From positions 1 to 32,655 of the forward strand of contig JBBFLP010000002.1 in the NCBI GenBank assembly GCA_037478975.1: a DNA stretch of 32,655 nt. The letters are read 5' to 3'. Source of the stretch: Armatimonadota bacterium. Its GTDB lineage: Bacteria > Armatimonadota > UBA5829 > DSUL01. Under the pieces are notes generated by a model. It worked only from the letters and a program-made list of their open reading frames with translations. It had not been told where the DNA came from and did no database searches. How positions within the stretch are numbered: position 1 is the stretch's first letter; every line of letters begins with the position of its first letter. Shown here piece by piece: positions 1-9,190 of this stretch. The translations under genes and the position numbers were made by a program.

Positions 1-131
1 CCCGCGATGCGGTAGGCTACATTGAACGCCTGCTGATGGTGCCTGCGGACCAGCTCTTCAAACTCTCTGCGCCGCTGATTCTCCGCAGAACCTGTCAGGG
101 CTCCAGGTTTCTCGACCACTGTCACATTCAC
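1..131 (-). CDS. ECF-type RNA polymerase sigma-70 family factor, N-terminal fragment (gene continues beyond the left edge)
   Basis: My own minus-strand translation gives VNVTVVEKPGALTGSAENQRRREFEELVRRHHQQAFNVAYRIA with no stop. The EFEELVRRHHQQAFNVAYRI stretch looks like the region 2.1/2.2 start of ECF sigma factors. Candidate GTG starts are at 131, 125 and 119, downstream of GAGAAGGA. It is absent from the ORF track because it is open at the window edge. Confidence 0.55.
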   Translation of the reverse strand, partial: MNVTVVEKPGALTGSAENQRRREFEELVRRHHQQAFNVAYRIA

Positions 132-322
132 ATCCTTCTCTACGCCGGTGTCGCCCGTTCGAGTTCCGTCCAGAATCCGTAGAATCCTCTCCCGGTCTCC
201 CGTGTTTTTCGACTCGCCTGCCCGGCAGATTCTTACCCGTTTATGGGACTGTCCGGCTCACCGGCAAGGTTAGCGTATGCTGGTATAGTCTTCCGCGGTT
301 TCCCGAAAGCATTACCATCCAG

Positions 323-328
323 TATAAT
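323..328 (+). promoter_or_regulatory. Possible -10 hexamer TATAAT only 8 nt upstream of the recG ATG
   Basis: A perfect TATAAT lies at 323-328 and the recG ATG at 337. There is no good -35 (TTCCCG at 17-nt spacing). A second -10-like element, TGgTATAGT, lies at 281-289. Confidence 0.25.
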
Positions 329-336
329 GCTGCGGC

Positions 337-2472
337 ATGGTGGAGCGGGAAGGCACACAGGGGCAGGACTCCACACCGCGTTCCGGACGGGGGACGGGGC
401 TGCAAACGGATGTGCGGTTCGTCAAAGGCGTGGGCGAGCGCAACGCGCGGCTGCTGGCGAAGCTGGGCATCCGGACCGTGGCCGACCTCCTGGAGCACTA
501 TCCGCACCGTTATGAGGATCGCACCACCCTCACCCGTGTTGCGCGCCTGCAGGACGGGCAGTACGCGGCGCTCAGGCTCCGGGTGTCGGAGGTGGAGAGC
601 AAACGCGCCGGGCGCCGCAACATCACCATCACGCGTGTGGCCGCCGAGGACGAGACCGGTACTCTGGTGCTTACCTGGTTCAACCAGCCGTGGATGCGGG
701 ACCGCTTCGCGCGCCTGCGCGGACGGGAAATCATGGTCTACGGTCAGGTCCGCTACGGCCGCCTGGGGCTGGAGATGAACACCCCGGACTGGGAGCCTCT
801 GGGGGAAGAAGAAGAGCCAGATCCCTGGTCCTACGGGCGGTTCGTGCCGGTCTATCCGCTTACGGAAGGACTGCAGCAGGGGCGGATGCGGCTCATCATG
901 CGCAATGCCCTCAGCTCCTATGCGGATCTCTTGACGGACCCCCTGCCCGGAGCGCTCCTGGACGAGCTGGATCTGATGGACCTCCGCTCGGCAGTGCGCG
1001 CCATCCACTGGTCTGAGTCGAGCGAGGAGAACCGCGCGGCCCGGCGCAGGCTGGTGTTCGACGAGTTCTTTTATCTGCAGGTGGCGCTGGCGCAGCTCCG
1101 TCACGAGAACAGCGCCGCGCTGCCCGGCATCGCGTTCCGGCTGGAACCGGGGCTGCTTGCGGAGCTGCAGTCGCTCCTTCCTTTTCCTCTGACCGGCGCG
1201 CAGGAGCGGGTCATCGCACAGATCTGGGAGGACATGCAGCGCCCCCATCCCATGAACCGGCTGGTGCAGGGGGATGTGGGCTCCGGGAAGACGCTGGTCG
1301 CGCTGGCGGCCATGCTGCTGGCGGCCCGCAACGGCTACCAGAGCGCCATCATGGCCCCCACGGAGGTTCTGGCCGAGCAACATTTTCTCTCAATGGAGCC
1401 GCTGGCGCAGCGGCTCGGACTGCGGCTGGACCTGCTCTCCGGCGGTCCGAGAACGCGGGCTAAGGAGGCCACCCTGGCGGCGCTGGCGGCGGGACACCTG
1501 GATATCGTCGTGGGGACGCACGCGCTCATCGAGGAAGGGGTCGAGTTCCACAAACTGGGACTGGTGGTGGTGGACGAACAGCACAAGTTCGGCGTCAAAC
1601 AGCGCGGTGCTTTACGCGAGAAGGGCCAGTGTCCGGACATGCTGGTGATGACAGCCACACCCATCCCCCGCACGTTGACGATGACCGTCTACGGGGACCT
1701 GGATGTCTCGATCATTGACGAGATGCCCCCCGGCCGAAAGCCTGTCAAGACCCACTACAAGCCGATGAGCGAAGCGCCCCGAGTGTACGAAGGGGTCCGC
1801 CAGCTTCTGGAAAAGGGGGGGCGGGCCTATATCGTCTGCCCGCTGGTGGGAGAGTCCGAGAAGCTCCAAGCGAAGGCCGCCACCGAACTGGCTGAGGAGC
1901 TGGCGCGGGATGTCTTTCCGGAGTATCCGGTCGGGCTGCTGCACGGGCAGATGAAGCGTGAAGAGAAACAGGCGGCCATCTCGGATTTCCGGGAGGGGCG
2001 CACGCGGGTGCTGGTCTCCACAACGGTCATCGAAGTGGGCGTGGACGTTCCGGAGGCGAACGTCATCGTCATCGTGAACGCAGAACGCTACGGACTTGCT
2101 CAACTTCATCAGCTCCGGGGCAGGGTGGGGAGGTCGGATGCGCAGTCGTTCTGCGTGCTGCTGGCCGATGCTTCCACCGATGAAGCCCGTCGCAGGATGG
2201 AGGTGATGGAATCCACGACGGATGGCTTCCGCATTGCGGAAGAGGATCTGGCGCTGAGGGGGCCCGGCGAGTTTTTCGGGACGCGTCAGTCCGGCGTGCC
2301 CGCATTCAAGATTGCGGATGTCATCCGCGACGTGGGCATCCTGGAGGTCGCCCGCCAGCACGCTCAGTGCCTTGTGGATGCCGATCCGGAGTTGCACCGT
2401 CCGGAGCACCGCGCCATCGGAAGGATCGTTGAGGAAAAGTACCACAGACGATTGCTGGAAACGGTCGCGTAG
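337..2472 (+). CDS. recG: ATP-dependent DNA helicase RecG
   Basis: 711 aa. It has the N-terminal VKGVGERNARLLAKLGIRTVADLLEHYPHRYEDR motif, Walker A GDVGSGKT, the DEQH box VVDEQHKFG, TATPIPRTL, and motif VI QLHQLRGRVGR. Confidence 0.95.
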   Translation: MVEREGTQGQDSTPRSGRGTGLQTDVRFVKGVGERNARLLAKLGIRTVADLLEHYPHRYEDRTTLTRVARLQDGQYAALRLRVSEVESKRAGRRNITITRVAAEDETGTLVLTWFNQPWMRDRFARLRGREIMVYGQVRYGRLGLEMNTPDWEPLGEEEEPDPWSYGRFVPVYPLTEGLQQGRMRLIMRNALSSYADLLTDPLPGALLDELDLMDLRSAVRAIHWSESSEENRAARRRLVFDEFFYLQVALAQLRHENSAALPGIAFRLEPGLLAELQSLLPFPLTGAQERVIAQIWEDMQRPHPMNRLVQGDVGSGKTLVALAAMLLAARNGYQSAIMAPTEVLAEQHFLSMEPLAQRLGLRLDLLSGGPRTRAKEATLAALAAGHLDIVVGTHALIEEGVEFHKLGLVVVDEQHKFGVKQRGALREKGQCPDMLVMTATPIPRTLTMTVYGDLDVSIIDEMPPGRKPVKTHYKPMSEAPRVYEGVRQLLEKGGRAYIVCPLVGESEKLQAKAATELAEELARDVFPEYPVGLLHGQMKREEKQAAISDFREGRTRVLVSTTVIEVGVDVPEANVIVIVNAERYGLAQLHQLRGRVGRSDAQSFCVLLADASTDEARRRMEVMESTTDGFRIAEEDLALRGPGEFFGTRQSGVPAFKIADVIRDVGILEVARQHAQCLVDADPELHRPEHRAIGRIVEEKYHRRLLETVA

Positions 2473-2544
2473 GGTAAGCTAAGGGGTGGGTCGCGCCGCG
2501 GTGGCGGCAGGAGTTTCGCGCCCCGCTTAGCAGCCGGGGCAGGG

Positions 2545-2573
2545 CGGAGCGCACGAGGCGCGCCGGCATTTTT
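2545..2573 (+). terminator. Weak candidate intrinsic terminator or attenuator after recG
   Basis: The stem CGGaGCGC (2545-2552) pairs with GCGCgCCG (2558-2565) with one mismatch and a 5-nt loop, followed by gcATTTTT. Only about 26 nt remain before the coaD ATG, so full termination here would leave coaD without an obvious promoter. Confidence 0.3.
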
Positions 2574-2599
2574 CAGGGAGGACGGACAGCGGCAGGGAC

Positions 2600-3088
2600 A
2601 TGGCCGTCGCCATCTATCCGGGCAGTTTCGACCCGGTCACAAGCGGCCATATGGATATCATCGAACGGGCATCCAGCCTGTTCGACCTCGTTGTAGTCGC
2701 TGTCGCTCCCAATCCCCTGAAGCAGCCTCTCTTCACCGTGGAAGAGAGAGTGGAGATGCTGAAGGTCGTTTGCGCGCCGCTGGAGGGCGTGGAGGTAGAC
2801 TGCTTCGAGGGGCTGCTGGTGGACTACTGCCGCAGGAAGGGCGCGACAGTTATCCTGAAAGGGCTCCGGGCGGTGTCGGACTTCGAGTTCGAACTCCAGA
2901 TGGCCCAGATGAACCGCCGCCTGGCTCCGGAGATCCACACGCTTTTCCTGATGACCACGACGGAGCAGTCGTATCTGAGCTCCAGCATCGTCAAAGAGAT
3001 TGCAAGACTGGGGGGGAGCATCGAAGGTCTTGTGCCGCCGCCGGTGGAAGGGTACCTGCGAGCCCGGCTGGCTGAGTGCGGCGGATGA
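2600..3088 (+). CDS. coaD: Phosphopantetheine adenylyltransferase
   Basis: 162 aa. AIYPGSFDPVTSGHMDII is the nucleotidyltransferase T/HxGH motif. FLMT...YLSSSIVKEIA is the typical CoaD C-terminal part. Confidence 0.95.
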   Translation: MAVAIYPGSFDPVTSGHMDIIERASSLFDLVVVAVAPNPLKQPLFTVEERVEMLKVVCAPLEGVEVDCFEGLLVDYCRRKGATVILKGLRAVSDFEFELQMAQMNRRLAPEIHTLFLMTTTEQSYLSSSIVKEIARLGGSIEGLVPPPVEGYLRARLAECGG

Positions 3089-3150
3089 GAGAAGGACGGG
3101 CCGGCGGCCCGCAAGTTTCAGGGGTTTTTCAAGTCCAGGGAGATGTGAGG

Positions 3151-3708
3151 ATGATCGAGCAGCAGTCCGTGACACGCACCGTCTCTTCGTTCACGCGTGA
3201 GCAGGCCAACACGGTGGACATCATCAAAGAGCTGGACAAGCTCGAAGAGCTGGTCGAGGACAGCCCGCAGATCGGGGGGCGGGCTCTGTGGGTCAACGCT
3301 GACAGGTTTTTCGTCTGCACCAACAGGATACGCGCCTTCCTGCCGGAGGAGATGAAGCGGGCCAGCCGCATCTCCCGCGACAGCGAAAAGATGCTGCAGG
3401 AAGCGCAGGATGAGGTGCACCAGACACTGGAGTCCGCACGCCGGGAGGCTGAGCGGATCATCGAGCAGGCCCGCGCCAGGGCCGCCGAACTGACCGCAAC
3501 CGATGCGGTCCGGCTCAAGGCGGAGCAGGAAGCTGCCAGAATAATCGCTGAGGCCAGAGAGCAGGCCACTCAGATCCGCCGGGGAGCGGATCAGTATGCG
3601 AAAGAGGTGCTGGCGGGGCTGGACGCCTTCCTGGGGCGCATTCTGGGAACGGTGCAGCGGGGTCGGGCAAAGTTGGAACAGCAGGAGTTGGAATCCTCCG
3701 TTAGATGA
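3151..3708 (+). CDS. Uncharacterised coiled-coil protein (ATP synthase b / V-ATPase subunit H-like heptad region)
   Basis: The ATG at 3151 follows GGGAG..GAGG. The 185-aa product has an Ala/Glu/Arg/Gln-rich helical C-terminal half ([33 protein letters not shown]...[30 protein letters not shown]). Its stop overlaps the pta start (ATGA at 3705-3708). The track start at 3076 overlaps the end of coaD and lacks an RBS. Confidence 0.7.
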   Translation: MIEQQSVTRTVSSFTREQANTVDIIKELDKLEELVEDSPQIGGRALWVNADRFFVCTNRIRAFLPEEMKRASRISRDSEKMLQEAQDEVHQTLESARREAERIIEQARARAAELTATDAVRLKAEQEAARIIAEAREQATQIRRGADQYAKEVLAGLDAFLGRILGTVQRGRAKLEQQELESSVR

Positions 3709-4700
3709 ACGTCATCGAGAACCTTTACGAGCGCGCCCGTACGGCGGGCAAGCGCATCATCCTGGCCGAAGGTGGTGATCAACGGATCGCCGAGGCGGCC
3801 GTGGAAGCCAGAAAGCTGGGGCTGGCCCGCATCATCATCCTGGGAAACATTGACACCGTTTCCGGGCAGATCAGGGAGGCGGGCGGCGATCCGGGGGACT
3901 TCGAGATCATAGACCCGGCCACCAGCCCTAAGCGCAGGGAATACGCGGCCAGACTGCACTCCCTTCGCAAACATAAGGGGATGACGGAAGAACAGGCCTA
4001 TGAGTTGACCGGGGGCAACCTTTATTACCCGGTCCTCGCCATTAGCGCCGGAGACGCAGACGGACTGGTCTCCGGCGCTACTCATTCCACCAGCGATACC
4101 GTCCGTCCCGCGCTTCAGGTTCTGAAGACCGCTCCCGGTTATTCCATCGTCTCCAGCTGCTTCGTCATGGTCCTGCCCCGGCAGGATTTCGGAGAGAACG
4201 GGGTGCTGGTGTATGCGGACTGCGGACTGGTCATTGACCCGAGTCCGCAGGAGCTGGCGGAGATCGCGCTGGCCTCGGCAAAGTCGTTCGAGCAGCTGGT
4301 CGGCGGACAGCCGCGCATCGCGATGCTCAGTTTCAGCACCAAGGGCAGCGCTAAGCACCCCATGGCCGACAAAGTCATTCAGGCCACAGAGATGGTGCGG
4401 CTGCGCGACCCCGCTCTCCTTGTGGATGGCGAGCTTCAGGCGGATGCGGCCCTGGTGCCGTGGGTGGCCGGCAAGAAGGCCCCAGGTAGCCCGGTGGGAG
4501 GGCGCGCCAACGTGCTGATCTTCCCCGACCTGGGTGCGGGCAACATCGCCTACAAGCTTACGGAGCGGCTGGCGGGCGCCATCGCCCTCGGTCCCATCCT
4601 GCAGGGAGTGGCCAGGCCCGTCAACGATCTGTCCCGCGGCTGCAGCGCAGACGACATCGTCAAGATGGTGGCCATCACCGCCTGCCAGGCGGTGTCCTGA
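3705..4700 (+). CDS. pta: Phosphate acetyltransferase (short, about 330-aa class)
   Basis: 331 aa. [48 protein letters not shown], and SFSTKGSA...[10 protein letters not shown]...[18 protein letters not shown] are typical of Pta/Ptb-family enzymes. The gene is adjacent to ackA. Confidence 0.9.
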   Translation: MNVIENLYERARTAGKRIILAEGGDQRIAEAAVEARKLGLARIIILGNIDTVSGQIREAGGDPGDFEIIDPATSPKRREYAARLHSLRKHKGMTEEQAYELTGGNLYYPVLAISAGDADGLVSGATHSTSDTVRPALQVLKTAPGYSIVSSCFVMVLPRQDFGENGVLVYADCGLVIDPSPQELAEIALASAKSFEQLVGGQPRIAMLSFSTKGSAKHPMADKVIQATEMVRLRDPALLVDGELQADAALVPWVAGKKAPGSPVGGRANVLIFPDLGAGNIAYKLTERLAGAIALGPILQGVARPVNDLSRGCSADDIVKMVAITACQAVS

Positions 4701-4813
4701 CCGCATCCGCGGACCGCATATTCGCCCTCCCGCGCGGGGCCGCATAAGGCGCTCCGCGGGGAGCCCTCTAACGTCGCCCGGCTCCGGCCGGCAGTATCGG
4801 ACACGGATTGACA

Positions 4814-6028
4814 ATGAAAGTTCTGGTCGTCAACAGCGGTTCGTCTTCGCTGAAATATCAGCTCATCGACGCCTCCACGGACGCGGTGCTGGCCCGCGGG
4901 CTGGCGGAACGCATCGGGATGGCTTCCGGCCGGCTGAAGCACGCTTCAGAAGGCCGCCCCGAACTGGTGCTGGAGCAGCCCATTCCCGATCACGTCACCG
5001 CGACGGACCTTGCATTCTCGGCTCTGGTTGACCCGCAGCACGGTGCTGTCAGATCGCTAGAAGAGATCGAGGCGGTGGGCCACCGCGTCGTCCACGGAGG
5101 CGAGAAGCTGACGCGGGCTGTGCGCATAGACGATGAGGTCATACGGGCCATCGAGGAGATGAGCGCGCTTGCGCCCCTGCACAATCCGCCGAACCTTATG
5201 GGCATCCGGGCCTGCCTGGAGCGCATGCCCCACACGCCGCAGGTAGCCGTGTTCGACACGGCATTTCATTCCACCATGCCCCCGTATGCGTATATGTATG
5301 CGCTGCCGTATGAGCTCTATTCGGAGCTGGGGATCCGGCGTTACGGGTTCCACGGGTCTTCGCATAAATATGTCTCTGCACGCGCCGTCAGGCTGTTGCG
5401 GGAGATGGGGCACGAGGGTGACACACACATCATCACCTGCCATCTGGGCAACGGCTGCAGCGCCACGGCGGTGGTCAACGGCCGGGCGGTGGACACCAGC
5501 ATGGGGATGACCCCGGCGGAGGGGCTGGTGATGGGGACGAGGGGCGGAGACATTGACCCGGCCATCCTTCCCTTCCTGATCAAGAAGTACGGCTGGTCGG
5601 CGGACGAGCTGGAGACGCTCATCAACAAGAAGGGCGGACTGCTCGGGTTGTCGGGGGCGTCCAATGACATGAGAGACGTCGAGGAGCGCGCCGGAAAGGG
5701 CGACGCCCGCTCCCGTCTCGCGCTGGAAGTCTTCTGCTACCGCGTGCGCAAATACATCGGAGCCTACGCCGCCGCTATGGGAGGACTGGACGCCGTGGTC
5801 TTCACCGGGGGGATCGGCGAGAACAGTCCTACCGTGCGGGAGATGTGCTGTCAGGGACTGGAAGTGCTCGGTGTGGCGCTTGACCCTGAGTTGAATTCCT
5901 CCGGGCGGGGCGAGCGGTGCGTCAGCCGCCCGGACTCCCGGGCAAAGGTTCTGGTGATTCCCACCAACGAGGAGCTGGAGATCGCCCGCGAAACCGTCGA
6001 GATTGCTTCCGCTCTGCAAGTGGGCTAG
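4814..6028 (+). CDS. ackA: Acetate kinase
   Basis: MKVLVVNSGSSSLKYQL at the N-terminus, then HRVVHGG, FDTAFH, RRYGFHGSSH and TGGIGENS. The ATG at 4814 is preferred over the TTG at 4808 by N-terminal alignment to the family. Confidence 0.95.
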   Translation: MKVLVVNSGSSSLKYQLIDASTDAVLARGLAERIGMASGRLKHASEGRPELVLEQPIPDHVTATDLAFSALVDPQHGAVRSLEEIEAVGHRVVHGGEKLTRAVRIDDEVIRAIEEMSALAPLHNPPNLMGIRACLERMPHTPQVAVFDTAFHSTMPPYAYMYALPYELYSELGIRRYGFHGSSHKYVSARAVRLLREMGHEGDTHIITCHLGNGCSATAVVNGRAVDTSMGMTPAEGLVMGTRGGDIDPAILPFLIKKYGWSADELETLINKKGGLLGLSGASNDMRDVEERAGKGDARSRLALEVFCYRVRKYIGAYAAAMGGLDAVVFTGGIGENSPTVREMCCQGLEVLGVALDPELNSSGRGERCVSRPDSRAKVLVIPTNEELEIARETVEIASALQVG

Positions 6029-6031
6029 AAT
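6003..6031 (+). promoter_or_regulatory. Candidate sigma-70-type promoter for the yceD-rpmF-plsX-fab unit
   Basis: TTGCTT (6003-6008), a 17-nt spacer, then TAGAAT (6026-6031). It spans the end of ackA, about 65 nt upstream of the proposed yceD start. Confidence 0.4.
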
Positions 6032-6096
6032 ACTATATTGCCACTTTGCAGAGAAGGCCTCTCCGGGTTGCGGAGGAGCGCTTCGGGGAGCCTGGC

Positions 6097-6669
6097 TTGA
6101 AGCTGGATCTCAGCGAAATAGCGCATTCCATCGGAATGCATTATACTTACGAGGTTGACGAGGACGACTCAGAGCTGGAGTCCTCCGGAATCTCGCTTCA
6201 GGAGCACGTCCGGGGTAGCCTGGAGTTCTCCAACACGGGGCAGTTGCTGCTGGCCAGAGGATGGTTGAGAGCGACCGTCCGCCTGGAATGCGTCCGCTGT
6301 CTGACCAGCTTCCCTTCGCTGCAGGAGTTCGCCGTCGAGGAGCAGTTTGCGCTGCATCCGGAGAGGATGGCGGGCGGAGCGCACGAGGACGAAGAGGATC
6401 TTTTCCTTCCGGACGACATGGAAGGGCCGGAGTGCCTTTACCAGGAGGGGATCCTCGACCTGACGGAGCTGATCCGGCAGAATCTGCTGGTAAACATTCC
6501 GTTTGCCCCTCTTTGCAGCGAGGATTGCGCGGGCCTGTGCCCGCGGTGCGGCAAGAACCGCAATGAAGGCCCGTGTGGGTGCCCTGAGGAGGATCCCGGG
6601 CAGCGTCTCTCCCCTCTGGGAGAACTTCTCTCGCTGCTCGAAGACGAAGAGACCGACGGGCGGAGATAG
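6097..6669 (+). CDS. yceD: DUF177 / YceD-family protein (large-subunit ribosome-associated, precedes rpmF)
   Basis: The C-terminal CSEDCAGLCPRCGKNRNEGPCGC cysteine cluster and the position directly upstream of rpmF are typical of YceD/YlbN. The TTG at 6097 lies 6 nt after GGGGAG. The track start at 5917 would overlap ackA by 110 nt. Confidence 0.8.
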   Translation: MKLDLSEIAHSIGMHYTYEVDEDDSELESSGISLQEHVRGSLEFSNTGQLLLARGWLRATVRLECVRCLTSFPSLQEFAVEEQFALHPERMAGGAHEDEEDLFLPDDMEGPECLYQEGILDLTELIRQNLLVNIPFAPLCSEDCAGLCPRCGKNRNEGPCGCPEEDPGQRLSPLGELLSLLEDEETDGRR

Positions 6670-6748
6670 CCAGCTCTGCGGACCGGTTTTCCCGGACGTG
6701 CGGCATACTGTCTCGCCGCTTCCTTGAGCTAAGTTCAGGAGAAAGACG

Positions 6749-6943
6749 TTGCCACTACCAAAAAGAAGGCATTCACAGAGTCGCCGCGACAAAAGGCGCA
6801 CCCATTACAAGCTTGTAGCTCCGACCATCGTCGCCTGTCCCGCGTGCGGAGCGCCGGTGGTCCCCCACAGGGCGTGCAAGTCGTGCGGCCAGTACCGCAA
6901 CCGGCTGGTGATCCCTGAGGGCAAGCGCGAGAAGAAAGACTGA
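6749..6943 (+). CDS. rpmF: 50S ribosomal protein L32
   Basis: 64 aa. PLPKRRHSQSRRDKRRTHYKL is followed by the CPACGAPVVPHRACKSCG zinc ribbon. The TTG start follows AGGAGAAAG. Confidence 0.9.
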   Translation: MPLPKRRHSQSRRDKRRTHYKLVAPTIVACPACGAPVVPHRACKSCGQYRNRLVIPEGKREKKD

Positions 6944-6948
6944 CCTGC

Positions 6949-7986
6949 GTGGCGGCGATGCGACCGGTCACCGTCGCCATTGACGCGATGGGCGGTGACT
7001 ACGCCCCCAAGGAGATCATCAAGGGTGCCCTCGCGGCGGCGAGAAAGTGCGAGCACCGGCTGATCGTTGTCGGGGACGAGGCGCGGATCAGCCGCTACCT
7101 CCGCCGGGCCTCTGTGCCGGCGAACTTCGAGGTGCTGCACGCCGCTGAGACCATCGAGATGGGGGAGAACCCGGCGGCGGCCATCCGCCGGAAGCCGGAT
7201 TCGTCCCTGGTCGTGGCGGCAAGGCTGGTGCGAGAGGGCAGGGCGGACGCCATGGTGAGCGCCGGCAGCACCGGCGCCAGCATGGCAGTGGCCTCGCTCG
7301 TCCTTGGCCGTGCGCCTGGAATAGACCGCCCGGCCATTGCCACCATCGTTCCCACCGTCAACGGCCAGTGCGTACTGCTGGACGTCGGCGCGAACGTCAA
7401 CTCCACGGTGGAGAACCTGATGCAGTTCGCCGTGATGGGGATGGTGTATTCGCGCGATGTGCTGGGCGTGAAGAACCCTCGCATCGGGTTGCTTTCCATC
7501 GGCGCGGAGCCGGGAAAGGGCGATGACCTGGTCCGCGCCACGCACAAGGCTCTCCGGGACAGCGGGCTGAACTTCATCGGGAATGTGGAGGGCGGGCCGC
7601 TCTTCGAGGGGGTGGCGGATGTGGTGGTTTGCGACGGCTTCGTCGGCAACGTGGCGCTGAAGGTGGCTGAAGGCGTCGTGAAGCTGCTCTTCCGCAAGAC
7701 GCGGGATCGTCTCTGGGGCAACCCCTGGTACCGTCTGATGCTGCTGGGGCTTGCTCCGGGGCTACGCAGGCTTCACAAGGAGCTGGATTACGCCGAATAC
7801 GGCGGTGCGCCGTTGCTGGGAGTGAACGGCATCTGCATCGTCTGCCACGGCAGCAGCGAGGCCCGGGCCATCACCAATGCCATCCATGTTGCCATCCGGG
7901 CCCACCAGAACGACATCATCGGGCGCATCAGCCGCTGCCTCACCATGGTCGAAGCAACGCCGGAGCCCGTGCCGATCCCCGGCTGA
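6949..7986 (+). CDS. plsX: Phosphate acyltransferase PlsX
   Basis: 345 aa with VAIDAMGGDYAP, ADAMVSAGSTGA, DGFVGNVALK and GGAPLLGVNGICIVCHGSS. The start is either the GTG at 6949 or the ATG at 6958. Confidence 0.93.
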   Translation: MAAMRPVTVAIDAMGGDYAPKEIIKGALAAARKCEHRLIVVGDEARISRYLRRASVPANFEVLHAAETIEMGENPAAAIRRKPDSSLVVAARLVREGRADAMVSAGSTGASMAVASLVLGRAPGIDRPAIATIVPTVNGQCVLLDVGANVNSTVENLMQFAVMGMVYSRDVLGVKNPRIGLLSIGAEPGKGDDLVRATHKALRDSGLNFIGNVEGGPLFEGVADVVVCDGFVGNVALKVAEGVVKLLFRKTRDRLWGNPWYRLMLLGLAPGLRRLHKELDYAEYGGAPLLGVNGICIVCHGSSEARAITNAIHVAIRAHQNDIIGRISRCLTMVEATPEPVPIPG

Positions 7987-8117
7987 GCGCTCCTGCGGGC
8001 CGGACGCTGCTTCTCCACGGAATGCCGGATGTACTGCTATAATGCCGCGGGCGGGAGGGCGGCGCCCGTCAGCCCTCCGGTGACCACTCCGCCCCAAACC
8101 ACAAGGATAACTGGCAC

Positions 8118-9164
8118 TTGAGATCAGCTGGAATCGTTGGCCTGGGGATGGCCGTTCCGCAGCGGGTGCTCACCAACGCGGACCTTGAGAAGATGGTTGA
8201 CACGTCCGACCAGTGGATCCTGGAGCGGACGGGCATCAGGGAAAGGAGGGTCGCCGGCGAGGACGAGACGTCCAGCACCCTCGGTGCTGCGGCCGGGCGG
8301 GAGGCTCTGGAGTCCGCCGGGCTGGACCCGCTGGACGTGGACCTCATTGTCTGTGCGACCACCAGCCCCGATATGCTCTTCCCTTCCACCGCGTGCCTGG
8401 TGCAGCATCAGCTGGGTTGCGTGCGCGCCGCAGCTTTCGATCTCAGCGCCGCCTGCTCGGGTTTCGCGTACGGTCTGGCAATCACCTCCCAGCTTGTGGC
8501 GACCGGAGCCTTCCGGAACGCTCTGCTGGTAGGCGTGGATGTTCTGACGAAGTTCCTGGACTGGACGGACCGTTCCACCTGCGTGCTGTTCGGGGATGGG
8601 GCGGGGGCGGTGGTGCTGGCTCCCGTGGAGAGTGGACGCGGTCTGCTGGGCTTTGACCTGGGGGCGGACGGGTCCGGGGCCGATCTTCTCACCATCCCGG
8701 GCGGCGCCGGAAAGCATCCCATCAGCGAGGAGTCTCTGCGGGAGAAGCTTCGATACATCCGTATGGACGGGCAGCAGGTGTTCCGGTTCGCAGTCAGGGT
8801 AATGGGCGAGTCTGCCGCCAGAGCGGTTGAAAAGTGTGGCCTCACTCCGGACGATGTGGACTGGTTCGTGCCGCATCAGGCTAACATCCGGATCATAGAC
8901 AGCGCAACGCGCCGACTGGGCATAGACCCCGCCCGGGTGTACGTGAATGTGGACCGCTATGGCAATACGTCCGCCGCCTCCATCCCCATCGCGCTGTACG
9001 AGGCGTATCACTCGGGCTGCCTGAAAGAGGATGACACCGTCGTGACAGTGGGGTTCGGCGCGGGACTCACGTGGGCTTCGTGCGTGCTGGTGTGGACAAT
9101 GCCGGCCGCCGGAAGGCAGAATCCGCAAAGCGCGGCTGCGGCAGAGGGTGTGGGGGCGCGGTGA
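8118..9164 (+). CDS. fabH: 3-oxoacyl-ACP synthase III
   Basis: AGIVGLGMAVPQRVLTNADLEKMVDTSDQWI, then the catalytic triad contexts DLSAACSGF, VPHQANIRI and GNTSAASIP. TTG start. About 20 aa of extra C-terminal tail. Confidence 0.93.
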   Translation: MRSAGIVGLGMAVPQRVLTNADLEKMVDTSDQWILERTGIRERRVAGEDETSSTLGAAAGREALESAGLDPLDVDLIVCATTSPDMLFPSTACLVQHQLGCVRAAAFDLSAACSGFAYGLAITSQLVATGAFRNALLVGVDVLTKFLDWTDRSTCVLFGDGAGAVVLAPVESGRGLLGFDLGADGSGADLLTIPGGAGKHPISEESLREKLRYIRMDGQQVFRFAVRVMGESAARAVEKCGLTPDDVDWFVPHQANIRIIDSATRRLGIDPARVYVNVDRYGNTSAASIPIALYEAYHSGCLKEDDTVVTVGFGAGLTWASCVLVWTMPAAGRQNPQSAAAAEGVGAR

Positions 9165-9190
9165 CCACTGCGGAAGGGGGAGACGGTTCG

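Noticed and set aside
241-1383. 380-aa minus-strand ORF at the left end
   Set aside because: It is antisense to recG, whose helicase motifs are unambiguous. It also crosses the recG promoter region.
5917-6096. Longer N-terminus for the DUF177 protein (track start 5917), and similar long track starts for fabD (9071), fabG (10113), apt (16402), hrcA (17010), FAH (21205), pabB (23321), the dppA-like gene (25439) and prs (30442)
   Set aside because: Each extension overlaps the preceding conserved gene by tens to hundreds of nt, adds Arg/Gly/Pro-rich sequence absent from the family N-terminus, and bypasses an internal start that has a GGAGG-type RBS or a 4-nt stop/start overlap.
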